DNA of 64,000 nucleotides from a virus: UHGV virus genome UHGV-0311442; one strand, 5' to 3'. Shown piece by piece: positions 38,122 to 46,536 of this stretch (position 1 is its first letter; each line of letters starts with the position of its first letter). The notes under the pieces were generated by a model. It saw only the letters and a program-made list of their open reading frames with translations, ran no database searches and was not told where the DNA came from. The position numbers and the translations under genes were made by a program.

Positions 38122-38646
38122 TTAATGAGATAAATGACATGCGTATAATTGCGTCAGCACTTCGTTAGCGGCAAACTGCGTTGAGGTACTGAAGCAGTCA
38201 TCCACGACGCGAGTCTTGGTACGCATATATTTAAAAAGTTCTGCGCAGAACATCTTTTTCGCAGCGTGGTCTTCACCCGAAGAAAAACCCGAACCGGACT
38301 TTGCTTCTGCAAATGACGCCACAATCGTATCACCACGTTGAGTAAACACCCAACGTACGCGACAAGGAATTGTTTCCCCATATAAATCGTCAAGGGAAAC
38401 CTTTTCGCCTGATTCGACCAGACGTAACACCTGATCATAATATTTACCTGGAAGCACAGGCGGAGCCATCAGTGCTTTATAAATAGCAGAACGACTTACT
38501 TCAGGTAAGATGATAGAACTGAAACCATTCGGACAGTCATATAACCAGTTAAAGAACCCTGCCTGGAGCAATTCTATACTTTTAACGGCAGCGCCTTTAT
38601 CTATGTTAGGTTGAACTTCCCACGGTGGACTAAAACGAATTTGCAT
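38122..38646 (-). CDS. Hypothetical protein (174 aa)
   Basis: ORF 12 nt upstream of the 764-aa gene. Confidence 0.6.
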   Translation of the reverse strand: MQIRFSPPWEVQPNIDKGAAVKSIELLQAGFFNWLYDCPNGFSSIILPEVSRSAIYKALMAPPVLPGKYYDQVLRLVESGEKVSLDDLYGETIPCRVRWVFTQRGDTIVASFAEAKSGSGFSSGEDHAAKKMFCAELFKYMRTKTRVVDDCFSTSTQFAANEVLTQLYACHLSH

Positions 38647-38659
38647 TTAAGGATGCTCC

Positions 38660-40222
38660 ATGAATAACAAAATGATGTTGATAACCGCCTTAGCCACATT
38701 ATACGCTGAAAGTCTTCTGACCGATCCTGAAAAGGACCACGACATCATAAGAAAAGTGCTGTTAGAGGCTAAGCTTCCTGATTACGCAGAAGAAGGTGAC
38801 GAACGTGCCGCCCTCGTCGAAATCAAGGATATCATCACATCCATCATAGACGGCGGTATGCCTTACGACCACACAAACGTCATGAAACGTTTGAAACTGG
38901 CCACTACGCAAATACGTCCTCTATACGATACGATTACCAAATTCCTGGAAGATGATATTCCAGAAGAACCAGAAGCACGCATCGAGCATCTTAATCGCCA
39001 AGTAGCACAATACTACTTTCAGTTACGTCAAGCTATTCAAGGCGTACAACTGAAACAAAAATTGGGTCGTACGTTAGGCGCACTGAACGGCACTGAAACG
39101 CGTGTTGATTTACAAACGGCGCTCAACGACCTTAAGGATACCTTATCCACGTTCAGTGAACGCTCTCATAATAAGATTCCTTCTCTGGTAGGGGAATTGA
39201 TTACTGATAATAAAGCACCTTTCGTGCATGTATTCGACTCTATCAGTAAGAAAGCGGCAGGGAACGGGTTGCGTACAGGCTGGAAAGCAATTAACCAGAT
39301 GCTCGGTTGTAACAAAGGGATCACCGAAGAACTCTGGCTGATGCCTGCTCTTCCCTTTAACTGTAAGTCATTATTCAGTTTATTGCTCTCTATTAGCATT
39401 CCTGTTTTCAACACTCCAGAAAAGGTGATGGCGAATGTTAAAGGTGACCTACAACCGGTTATTCTGGATTTAAGTTTAGAAAACGAATTGGATGTTAACT
39501 TGGCTTACGCGTATCAGGCACTTTACGGACACTTTGAAGGTACAGCCCCGGTAATGGTTGCGCCCGAAACAGCAACTGACGAAGAAAAAGCGTCACATAA
39601 TGCACAAATGTCAGACTACCTCTGTAGTAAGATGCGGGCAAACGGTTGGGAGTATATTTTCCAAAAACACACAAACTCCGATTTTAAAATTCACTATTTG
39701 AATGATTTGATTTTAGATTTAAAACGTCGAGGTTATCATGTAGCTGGAATACGCGGAGACTATTTCGGTACTATCAGCAAAGCAGGGCACGGTAACGGCA
39801 TTGCGGGTAGTGACATTAAAGAAATTTATCGTATCGCGCGAAACATCCAAGTGGTACGTAATCGTGGTTTCCTGTTAGCACCACACCAAATCTCACCAGA
39901 AGGCAAAAAATTAAAAGCACTCGACCCAGCAAGTTTCTGTAAGAACTTACCTGGTCGTGGTCTTTACGACAACTGCTCTAGCTTAGACAACGAAGCTGAC
40001 GGTGAGATGTATTTTAACAAACGTGTCGTCAACGGTCACAGCTATTTAGAAGTACAACGCGGCAAACACCGCACCATTATTGATACCAAAGAAGCTTATC
40101 ATTATACTGTAATACCTTTCCGTGATGTTGGCATTTTGCCATGGGATTGTGATAAAGAAGAAACTGTAACAGCCTCGTCGATTAACGTATTTACCGGCGG
40201 CATGGGTGACGAACTCTTTTGA
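38660..40222 (+). CDS. Hypothetical protein (520 aa)
   Basis: AAGGA 7 nt upstream; start lies 13 nt from the divergent start of 38122..38646. Confidence 0.7.
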   Translation: MNNKMMLITALATLYAESLLTDPEKDHDIIRKVLLEAKLPDYAEEGDERAALVEIKDIITSIIDGGMPYDHTNVMKRLKLATTQIRPLYDTITKFLEDDIPEEPEARIEHLNRQVAQYYFQLRQAIQGVQLKQKLGRTLGALNGTETRVDLQTALNDLKDTLSTFSERSHNKIPSLVGELITDNKAPFVHVFDSISKKAAGNGLRTGWKAINQMLGCNKGITEELWLMPALPFNCKSLFSLLLSISIPVFNTPEKVMANVKGDLQPVILDLSLENELDVNLAYAYQALYGHFEGTAPVMVAPETATDEEKASHNAQMSDYLCSKMRANGWEYIFQKHTNSDFKIHYLNDLILDLKRRGYHVAGIRGDYFGTISKAGHGNGIAGSDIKEIYRIARNIQVVRNRGFLLAPHQISPEGKKLKALDPASFCKNLPGRGLYDNCSSLDNEADGEMYFNKRVVNGHSYLEVQRGKHRTIIDTKEAYHYTVIPFRDVGILPWDCDKEETVTASSINVFTGGMGDELF

Positions 40223-40327
40223 GTCTGGGGAGCTTCGGCTCCCCCTATAACCTCTTATGCGCCTCGAAAAGCAAAAAAAAACAAGACACCTAATAATTAT
40301 GAACGAAAGACAACTGCTGAACTAAGT

Positions 40328-40356
40328 AGGGGGTGGTAGCACACCCCCTTTTATTA
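40328..40356 (+). terminator. Rho-independent terminator (plus-strand orientation)
   Basis: Stem GGGGGTG/CACCCCC followed by TTTTATT. Confidence 0.7.
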
Positions 40357-40357
40357 G

Positions 40358-40531
40358 TTAGTAGCGTTCGCTCCTTTTTTCAGTGATTATCTGTGTGAAA
40401 CGGTTGGTGGATGGTTTTAATCGTTTATTCACGCCGAGTTGACTATACTCGTAGATACGTTGCTGTAAATTGGTTTTTGCTGCATACTGTTCTGCAAGCA
40501 TTTTGTCAGTAAAGTAATAACCATTGTTCAT
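40358..40531 (-). CDS. Small basic protein (57 aa), paralog 1
   Basis: ATG with GAGGG 9 nt upstream; protein-level similarity to 40690..40860 despite diverged DNA. Confidence 0.45.
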   Translation of the reverse strand: MNNGYYFTDKMLAEQYAAKTNLQQRIYEYSQLGVNKRLKPSTNRFTQIITEKRSERY

Positions 40532-40596
40532 GATGTAAGCCCTCTTCGTAGGGTGATTAAAGAAATCCATTACGGAAACGTAATGGTGTTGTAAAA

Positions 40597-40693
40597 GGTA
40601 CGCTGCTACAACAGCGTACCCTGCTTTAACTTCTCTATTCGAAAAGTTAAAGCTATGATAAGGGGTGTGGCAGCACCCCTTTATTTTATTTAG
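40597..40693. other. Structured unit B: three hairpins (H3, H2, H1) ending in a T-run
   Basis: H3 GGTACGCTG/CAGCGTACC; H2 CTTTAACTT/AAGTTAAAG with loop CTCTATTCGAA; H1 AGGGGTG/CACCCCT then TTATTTTATTT. Confidence 0.5.
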
Positions 40694-40860
40694 TAGTTAC
40701 TTCTCCTTTCGGTGAAGATCTGTACTCGAGGATTGTTAGAGGCTTTAAGCCTTTTATTTAATCCAAGTTGTTGAACTTCTCTTAGTCGTTCGTTAAACCT
40801 CGCTTGTTCTGCATAGCTGTTTGAGATAGAAGTAAAGATACGTGTATTGTTGTTAGTCAT
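40690..40860 (-). CDS. Small basic protein (56 aa), paralog 2
   Basis: ATG with GAGG 8 nt upstream; shares QLG[LV]NKRLK[AP]S..N.R..QI.TE[RK]RS with paralog 1. Confidence 0.45.
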   Translation of the reverse strand: MTNNNTRIFTSISNSYAEQARFNERLREVQQLGLNKRLKASNNPRVQIFTERRSNY

Positions 40861-40916
40861 GTTAAAACCTCACACGAGTTGGGGATTAAGCTATTACGTA
40901 GCGGTATTAGCGACAA

Positions 40917-41005
40917 GTAGGGACTGTATAGGCAGTCCCTACTGCTTTATCTTCTCTTTCGAAAAGATAAAGCGCCTATGGGGAATGTTGGCGCGCTCCC
41001 CTTTA
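40917..41005. other. Structured unit C, paralogous to unit B
   Basis: H3' GGGACTG/CAGTCCC; H2' CTTTATCTT/AAGATAAAG with the same loop as H2; weak H1' then TTTAGG. Confidence 0.45.
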
Positions 41006-41024
41006 GGTTGTTACCTCCTCTCAA

Positions 41025-41147
41025 CTACCAACTGGGTGTTTCTTGGGTATGCAACGTTGGTCGCGTTATTTCACTAACCCTACGCTGAAACTCAAGTTGT
41101 TTTGTTGACAACTCGTTTAACCGTCGAAACAACAGTTCATGTTTCAT
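41025..41147 (-). CDS. Possible small ORF (40 aa)
   Basis: ATG with AGGAG 7 nt upstream; below the size cut-off of the ORF track. Confidence 0.25.
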   Translation of the reverse strand: MKHELLFRRLNELSTKQLEFQRRVSEITRPTLHTQETPSW

Positions 41148-41164
41148 GAACTTATCTCCTATGT

Positions 41165-41217
41165 TGAATTTGCGAAAATAAATAAAGTGTACCCCTAATC
41201 CCGAAAAGGATTAGGGG
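41165..41217 (-). terminator. Rho-independent terminator, bidirectional
   Basis: Stem CCCCTAATCC/GGATTAGGGG, loop CGAAAA, T-runs on both sides. Confidence 0.8.
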
Positions 41218-41223
41218 TTGCTT

Positions 41224-42039
41224 TTATTTAGTCGCTACGTATTGAACATGGCCACATTTCTTACATTCCACGTTGGCTTTCGGGATTGTCAGGCCGGTTA
41301 AAGGAACACGTATTTGATACTGTGCTCCACATTCTTCACAAACAAAATCGTATTCTGGATAGACACGACCTTCTAATTTCTCTTCTTTCCTTAGTGTACC
41401 TGCTAAGAACAACATCGCGCCTAACGCTTCATTAATCTGCTGTTCCCATTCTCCGTCTAACGGGTAAGCGAACGCACGAGTCAACGTTTCCACCATCTCT
41501 GGAGCATTACTTACATAAACGTGTTTCAGTTCAAACTCAACACGTTGCAAGCCGAACAATACGCGTGCCGTCACGGTAACATTATCCAACGTTTGTGCGA
41601 ACACAACGGGATTATCATCACCGTACATTGCAAATAACGCAGCACGTTCGTATTCGATATCACTCCACTCGATTAGTTCTACAGATTTAATCTCTTCCGC
41701 AATTGCAGCATTACCGAACGTTTCATGTTCCAATAATCCGACGATAACTTCATTCAACGATTTCAATTGCTGTAAACGAATCACAGGATCGGTGTTCACG
41801 ATAAGCAAACGATGCATTCTGGATTTCAACCAATTAATCGTTCCTTCTACACCGCCCCCAAACGAGCAGATACTTATCACTTCAGGTTCACGAAGGATAA
41901 GAGTAGATTTTCCTGCTGCCGTACTCAAGTAGAGTTTAAAAGACTTATCGCTGGACTCTGCAACGATAGCAATGTCTTCAGTCGGAACGAAGTTTTCATT
42001 GCTCAGCCCACGCGGAAAATAATCTTTAATAGTAATCAT
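41224..42039 (-). CDS. Protein with C-terminal zinc ribbon (271 aa)
   Basis: C-terminal CEECG..(17)..CKKCG; degenerate P-loop-like STAAGKST. Confidence 0.65.
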   Translation of the reverse strand: MITIKDYFPRGLSNENFVPTEDIAIVAESSDKSFKLYLSTAAGKSTLILREPEVISICSFGGGVEGTINWLKSRMHRLLIVNTDPVIRLQQLKSLNEVIVGLLEHETFGNAAIAEEIKSVELIEWSDIEYERAALFAMYGDDNPVVFAQTLDNVTVTARVLFGLQRVEFELKHVYVSNAPEMVETLTRAFAYPLDGEWEQQINEALGAMLFLAGTLRKEEKLEGRVYPEYDFVCEECGAQYQIRVPLTGLTIPKANVECKKCGHVQYVATK

Positions 42040-42049
42040 CTTTTATGCT

Positions 42050-42088
42050 CCAATTAATAAAAAAATTAAGGGCACCCGAAGGTGCCTT
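42050..42088 (-). terminator. Rho-independent terminator
   Basis: Stem GGCACC/GGTGCC, loop CGAA, then a 7-nt T-run. Confidence 0.7.
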
Positions 42089-42093
42089 ATACA

Positions 42094-42237
42094 TTAACCA
42101 CGGCCAGTGCACTGTGCAACGGAATTACCGTTGTCGATGCAAGTGTCGTAGCCTTTGTCGATGTCCAGGTACAGGCAACCCAGAACAACAGCGATAACAA
42201 CAGCGAAGATAGCTTTTTTGTGTTTTACAGAAATCAT
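42094..42237 (-). CDS. Candidate small lipoprotein (47 aa)
   Basis: Not in ORF track (<60 aa); GGAG 8 nt upstream; MISVKHKKAIFAVVIAVVLG-C has n-region, h-region and a lipobox-like VLGC; promoter-like motif upstream, terminator downstream. Confidence 0.45.
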   Translation of the reverse strand: MISVKHKKAIFAVVIAVVLGCLYLDIDKGYDTCIDNGNSVAQCTGRG

Positions 42238-42280
42238 GATATAACTCCTAATTAGGTATTCGATAAATGAGTATTACGTA

Positions 42281-42312
42281 AACTCTCACCTAGGTAATAT
42301 ATATCTGAAATC
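42281..42312 (-). promoter_or_regulatory. Conserved promoter-like motif, instance c (best match)
   Basis: Minus strand TTCAGATATATATTACCTAGG-TGAGAGTT; about 45 nt upstream of the lipoprotein ATG. Confidence 0.45.
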
Positions 42313-42426
42313 TTTTTGAATCCATATACCCTCTAGAACGCTCTAAATCGCATTCTAACGCAATTTTCTTTTTAAAGGGTAATTAGTCGCCTTAATGGTG
42401 AAACGACTTCTGCGTGGCGTTTAGGG

Positions 42427-42470
42427 ATAAATAAAAGGTATTCCCGTTACCCACAGAGGTAACGGGAAGT
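42427..42470 (-). terminator. Rho-independent terminator
   Basis: 11-bp stem TTCCCGTTACC/GGTAACGGGAA then T-run. Confidence 0.8.
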
Positions 42471-42472
42471 TT

Positions 42473-43279
42473 TTACAGACCTTGCATCTTATCCATTACA
42501 GCGATTTCAGGATCGTTAATGCCCGTCTTCGAAGAAATCATAAAGCGCTTATCGCTAATAGCTTCTACGGATTCACGAATAAACAATGACTTTTCTTCCG
42601 CAACAGGGAGAATAGAATCGTTATCTTGCGGACCCACAAGCTGGCAACTGAATGGCACATAGCTGTTGAAAGTCACATAAGGACCTAACTGCAAGACCGG
42701 ATACACTTCATTAAAGTTATTTGATGTACCGCTGTCTGTAGAAATCACAGAATAGCGTACCACCGCACGAACCGCTGTTGTGTATTCAGGATCGCGGGCT
42801 TCACCCACCACGGTAAAACGAAACGCATTGAAGTCGTAGTCTTCCGACTCACTAAAGTGTGAAGGGAGAATACGTTCAATATACTGAGGATAGGTTTCTT
42901 GTTGCCCTGGAATAACCGCTGCAGCTAATTTCTGAGCATAGAAGTAACAATAAGCAAAGCCGTATTGCGCTTCTAAAGCACCAGACACCACGGCGGTTGT
43001 GATCGCGTGCAGGAACAACAAATGACCTAACGTCCCTTTTTCTTCGATTGGTAATAAGCGACAATTCTGTACACCGTCTACGGTATAAATAACAGAAATC
43101 GTTTTGTCAGCACTGGACGCCATGATGTAATCCAACTGGCGTTGTTCGCCACCAGGAATAACATTAAGGCAACGTTCTAACAACTTCGACGGTTTCGAAA
43201 AATTCTCTTCTTCGAACTTGTCGATTTGGATTAACGTTTGACCAGACATTCTGAAAGTAAGTAGATTACTCATTAACAA
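42473..43279 (-). CDS. Hypothetical protein (268 aa)
   Basis: ORF. Confidence 0.65.
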   Translation of the reverse strand: MLMSNLLTFRMSGQTLIQIDKFEEENFSKPSKLLERCLNVIPGGEQRQLDYIMASSADKTISVIYTVDGVQNCRLLPIEEKGTLGHLLFLHAITTAVVSGALEAQYGFAYCYFYAQKLAAAVIPGQQETYPQYIERILPSHFSESEDYDFNAFRFTVVGEARDPEYTTAVRAVVRYSVISTDSGTSNNFNEVYPVLQLGPYVTFNSYVPFSCQLVGPQDNDSILPVAEEKSLFIRESVEAISDKRFMISSKTGINDPEIAVMDKMQGL

Positions 43280-43305
43280 ATCCTTTAGGTTACGGACGAC
43301 ATAAT

Positions 43306-44625
43306 TTACGTAGCGGTTGTAAATTTTTCATTAGTCAACCACAACGTCAATTGACTAATGGTATTAAATTGTGGGGACGCCATCGAACCACCGTCAACGG
43401 CAGCTTGGAAAACTTCACCAACCAACGTCCCATAACGAGTGTATACACCGTAATTATTCGCATACAGATATTTTACTGCCATACCCGGCTGCAATAAACC
43501 GTACGCTGAACGGTTCCAGGTCGTTGCGGTCAGTGTCCCTCTGGCGGCAGCCAACTTAGAACGACGAGGCTTATCCGTGTCGCTGAAGTGCTCGTTTGGA
43601 TCAATAGGTGCATTAACAACACCACCGGGGTACTGTGTAGGGTCTGCTGCCGAAACAAACGAATCTGACGTCGTTGCTGAAACGTCGCCTGGAGAGAAAG
43701 AACTTGCACGTCCATCTAAGGCACGGATTGAACCCACGCGGTAACCTGTTCCCTGATTTAGCGCAAGGGCGTCTTTGTCTTCGAAGGTGTGAACATCGCC
43801 ACCACAAATCAGATAAATGACGTCACCTGCAATGTGGCACGTTTTATCTAAATAGGCAACTTTCTCTCTGGGGAGGTTAATCACCACCAGTTTCTTTTTT
43901 GCCGTAGAGAATTTCTTAGAATCCCATGGTTGAAAGATATGCCAACGGTGTTTATACAAGAAGACACCTAATCCTTGGCTATACACACCGTAGCGGTTCT
44001 GAATGAAATCGAAAACCGAAAGAAAACTTTGCGAATCGGGAATCAAAATGTCGCGATAAGGCTGTTGTTCTTCTTCCTCGTATTCCACACCAACCAACTG
44101 ACCTTCTGGTGCATCCCCAGTAGGTAACGTATCAGCAAGTAATGCACGAACGACACTTAATCCGTCGGTTTCGTGATAAATCCCTCCTACCTGACGGCAA
44201 CGAAGGAACCACATCGATTCGTCCATCAGCTCCAACGTCACCACACCCAACCCTTTTTGGTCAGATTCACCCAAGAACATCGTGGGCGATTCCATATCAG
44301 GATCGTGATTGTTAACTACGATTCCTCGGTAGTTCAGTTGTGCTATGGTTTTCTTGTTCATTGTCCGCATCAGGATTTTAACTGATAAATCCCCTTCTGC
44401 CGACGACGTAAGAATACGTTGCTGGCTCAGTGGAATCACCACACTGAGGTGCGTGATGGTCGTTAAATCCTGAGCGAAATTACTGGCATGGATTATCGAC
44501 ATGGTTTTGTAAACGTCAATCGTCACCCCACGAACTGTGATAAGGGGTACGTAGTCGATGGCCGGTAATCCCGCCGCTTGTGCAATGTGCACGTTTGCTA
44601 TGTTCTGTAACCGACCAAACGACAT
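43306..44625 (-). CDS. Hypothetical protein (439 aa)
   Basis: ORF. Confidence 0.7.
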   Translation of the reverse strand: MSFGRLQNIANVHIAQAAGLPAIDYVPLITVRGVTIDVYKTMSIIHASNFAQDLTTITHLSVVIPLSQQRILTSSAEGDLSVKILMRTMNKKTIAQLNYRGIVVNNHDPDMESPTMFLGESDQKGLGVVTLELMDESMWFLRCRQVGGIYHETDGLSVVRALLADTLPTGDAPEGQLVGVEYEEEEQQPYRDILIPDSQSFLSVFDFIQNRYGVYSQGLGVFLYKHRWHIFQPWDSKKFSTAKKKLVVINLPREKVAYLDKTCHIAGDVIYLICGGDVHTFEDKDALALNQGTGYRVGSIRALDGRASSFSPGDVSATTSDSFVSAADPTQYPGGVVNAPIDPNEHFSDTDKPRRSKLAAARGTLTATTWNRSAYGLLQPGMAVKYLYANNYGVYTRYGTLVGEVFQAAVDGGSMASPQFNTISQLTLWLTNEKFTTAT

Positions 44626-45179
44626 TACAGAATTCCTCCACGTCTACGGTATATCTGTTCAATACGGTGCATAATCGTATCGTTGAACTGATGCCGCTCT
44701 GTTTCCAATCGGACTTCGCCAAATAACGCTTGTACGGAAACCGCCATTGTTACTTCAGGTTTCTTAAAGTAACCGTAACGGTTCGCTACCGGGAACAGTT
44801 TACGCGCTAACGCATTAAACTGACGCAAGCCCTCCATAGGGACTTTACGTGTTGTCAGGTGTGGGGTCTGCATGTAATTTAGCCAATCAGCTAAGTGCTC
44901 CATGATATACCCGTACACGATAATCCCGTCATGTGGGTCGTGGACGTCTAACGCCGCGCCAGATTCTGCATAAACCGCAACTTCGAAAGGTCGCATGTAT
45001 ACGGTCTTTTTATTGAGCAGTATCGCGCGTGCTTTTTTCTCGTCTTCCGGTAAGAACAACCCATGTTCCTGAGACATGTACGTTGAAATCGTCGTCCACT
45101 CAGGGACACGCCATCCCACCCACTTGTGAAACAGCATAAATGCTGCGCTACGTTTTTCAGCCACGTTAATCCCTCGCAT
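44625..45179 (-). CDS. Hypothetical protein; start uncertain (ATG at 45179 or 45137)
   Basis: The listed N-terminal 30 codons overlap the upstream gene and look non-protein-like. Confidence 0.5.
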   Translation of the reverse strand: MRGINVAEKRSAAFMLFHKWVGWRVPEWTTISTYMSQEHGLFLPEDEKKARAILLNKKTVYMRPFEVAVYAESGAALDVHDPHDGIIVYGYIMEHLADWLNYMQTPHLTTRKVPMEGLRQFNALARKLFPVANRYGYFKKPEVTMAVSVQALFGEVRLETERHQFNDTIMHRIEQIYRRRGGIL

Positions 45180-46536
45180 ACCGTAACAACAAATACACCA
45201 TCGGAATATAGTAGAACTGCGCATCCTTCGGCAAACGGTAAACTTCTTCAAACAACCGTAATGCAATTACCGTTGACAGTGGGCGTTTATTCAGATAGAG
45301 ATATAAACCGTATTCTAATAACGAACTGTACGAACCCTCGTAGAACGTTGGGCTTAACAAATACGGTTCGTAAGTCAGTGGTAGAAATGCAGGGATTGAT
45401 TCACCTTCGTTACCCCGATAGTTCTCCACTTCAACCGGTTCAAACTCCGTCCACTTCGGCCACTGTCCAGGGAAACGTTGCGCCATCCCATAGCCCGGTT
45501 TTAATTCATCGGTAAAGAATCGGGTATCCGAAATTAATGACCAGGTCACAGAATTCCGATGCTGCATCGTACGGAAGGTTTTTACCTGCCAGACACTAGA
45601 ATCACGTTTGTAATCCGCTAAGAACGTTGGCGATTGATTTAACAACGCAGTCCAGACCGTTTCAATATCTTCCACACGCATTGGTGGATGCGGATAGATT
45701 TGAATATCTTTACCGACGGTCCGTAAGCCTACAGAGCGTACGAACTGTGCCAAGAACACATCGTAATACGCGCGACTACGCAACCCATCGCTGTGCCGAT
45801 CGTGCGGGAAAAGCAACGTTGCCGTTTCCCCATCGTAAAACCGTTTTACGTAAGTCTGTTCGATATCCGCAATCGCATCAACGACCTTCAAAAACGCACG
45901 ATATTCTTTCGGTGTCAGTAACGTATCACCGCCCGTCCAGGCACGTTCAGAAACGTAATAATACTCACGGACCGTACAACGGCGAATGGTTTCTGCAACT
46001 TCTGGATCAACTTCAAACAGCAGCGTATATTCAATGTTATACGTTGCAATTTTGTTATTGGACATCCGCACGACGTTCGTGACATTGAACAACGCGAACC
46101 GTCCGTCTCCAATCGGGGCAACGAAAAAACACCCTTCGTTGGGAATCACCGAGTTCGCCATTGTTGCGGCACCAGACATGGTGAACGTTTTGTTTGTCGT
46201 GTCCTGAGAGCGATCTAACGGTGTAGTAACCCGCAATTCTAACCCGATGATTTTCTCTACTTGCTGGTCAGGCGTAAGTACCTTCGAATCGAAGAATTTC
46301 TTCGCGTCATTACGCCCTTTCAGGAAATTAAAGAAATCAACTGTCCAGGAAGACCCCTCCAGGTATTTCATCAGGTACTGTTTCGGTATACGCTCTAAAT
46401 CCGTCACCGTTGTACGTGTCGGTTGTGTCACCACGTTCGTGGTTTCTTTCACACCGTCTTGCGGTTTATTCAACTCAGGGATCGGGCGTTCCACCGGTTC
46501 GAAAGAAGACGGTTTATCACGCTTCGCTTTGAGCAT
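45166..46536 (-). CDS. Hypothetical protein (456 aa)
   Basis: ORF. Confidence 0.7.
   Translation of the reverse strand: MLKAKRDKPSSFEPVERPIPELNKPQDGVKETTNVVTQPTRTTVTDLERIPKQYLMKYLEGSSWTVDFFNFLKGRNDAKKFFDSKVLTPDQQVEKIIGLELRVTTPLDRSQDTTNKTFTMSGAATMANSVIPNEGCFFVAPIGDGRFALFNVTNVVRMSNNKIATYNIEYTLLFEVDPEVAETIRRCTVREYYYVSERAWTGGDTLLTPKEYRAFLKVVDAIADIEQTYVKRFYDGETATLLFPHDRHSDGLRSRAYYDVFLAQFVRSVGLRTVGKDIQIYPHPPMRVEDIETVWTALLNQSPTFLADYKRDSSVWQVKTFRTMQHRNSVTWSLISDTRFFTDELKPGYGMAQRFPGQWPKWTEFEPVEVENYRGNEGESIPAFLPLTYEPYLLSPTFYEGSYSSLLEYGLYLYLNKRPLSTVIALRLFEEVYRLPKDAQFYYIPMVYLLLRYARD

Noticed and set aside
38660-40222. Possible DnaB/RecA-like ATPase (TGWKAINQMLG...ALPFNCKS)
   Set aside because: The P-loop position lacks the glycine of GxxxxGK[ST] and no clear Walker B follows; left as hypothetical.
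40223-41223. tRNA genes or a CRISPR array in the ORF-poor region
   Set aside because: No cloverleaf-compatible sequence with a T-loop GTTCRANYC was seen, and the repeats are neither regularly spaced nor identical.
42281-42312. Resemblance of the conserved motif to T7/T3/SP6 promoters (TAGGTGA; one variant ATTAAAGGGAGA near 35725)
   Set aside because: Matches are short and partial; kept only as a hypothesis of a phage-specific promoter class, not as a T7-type promoter.
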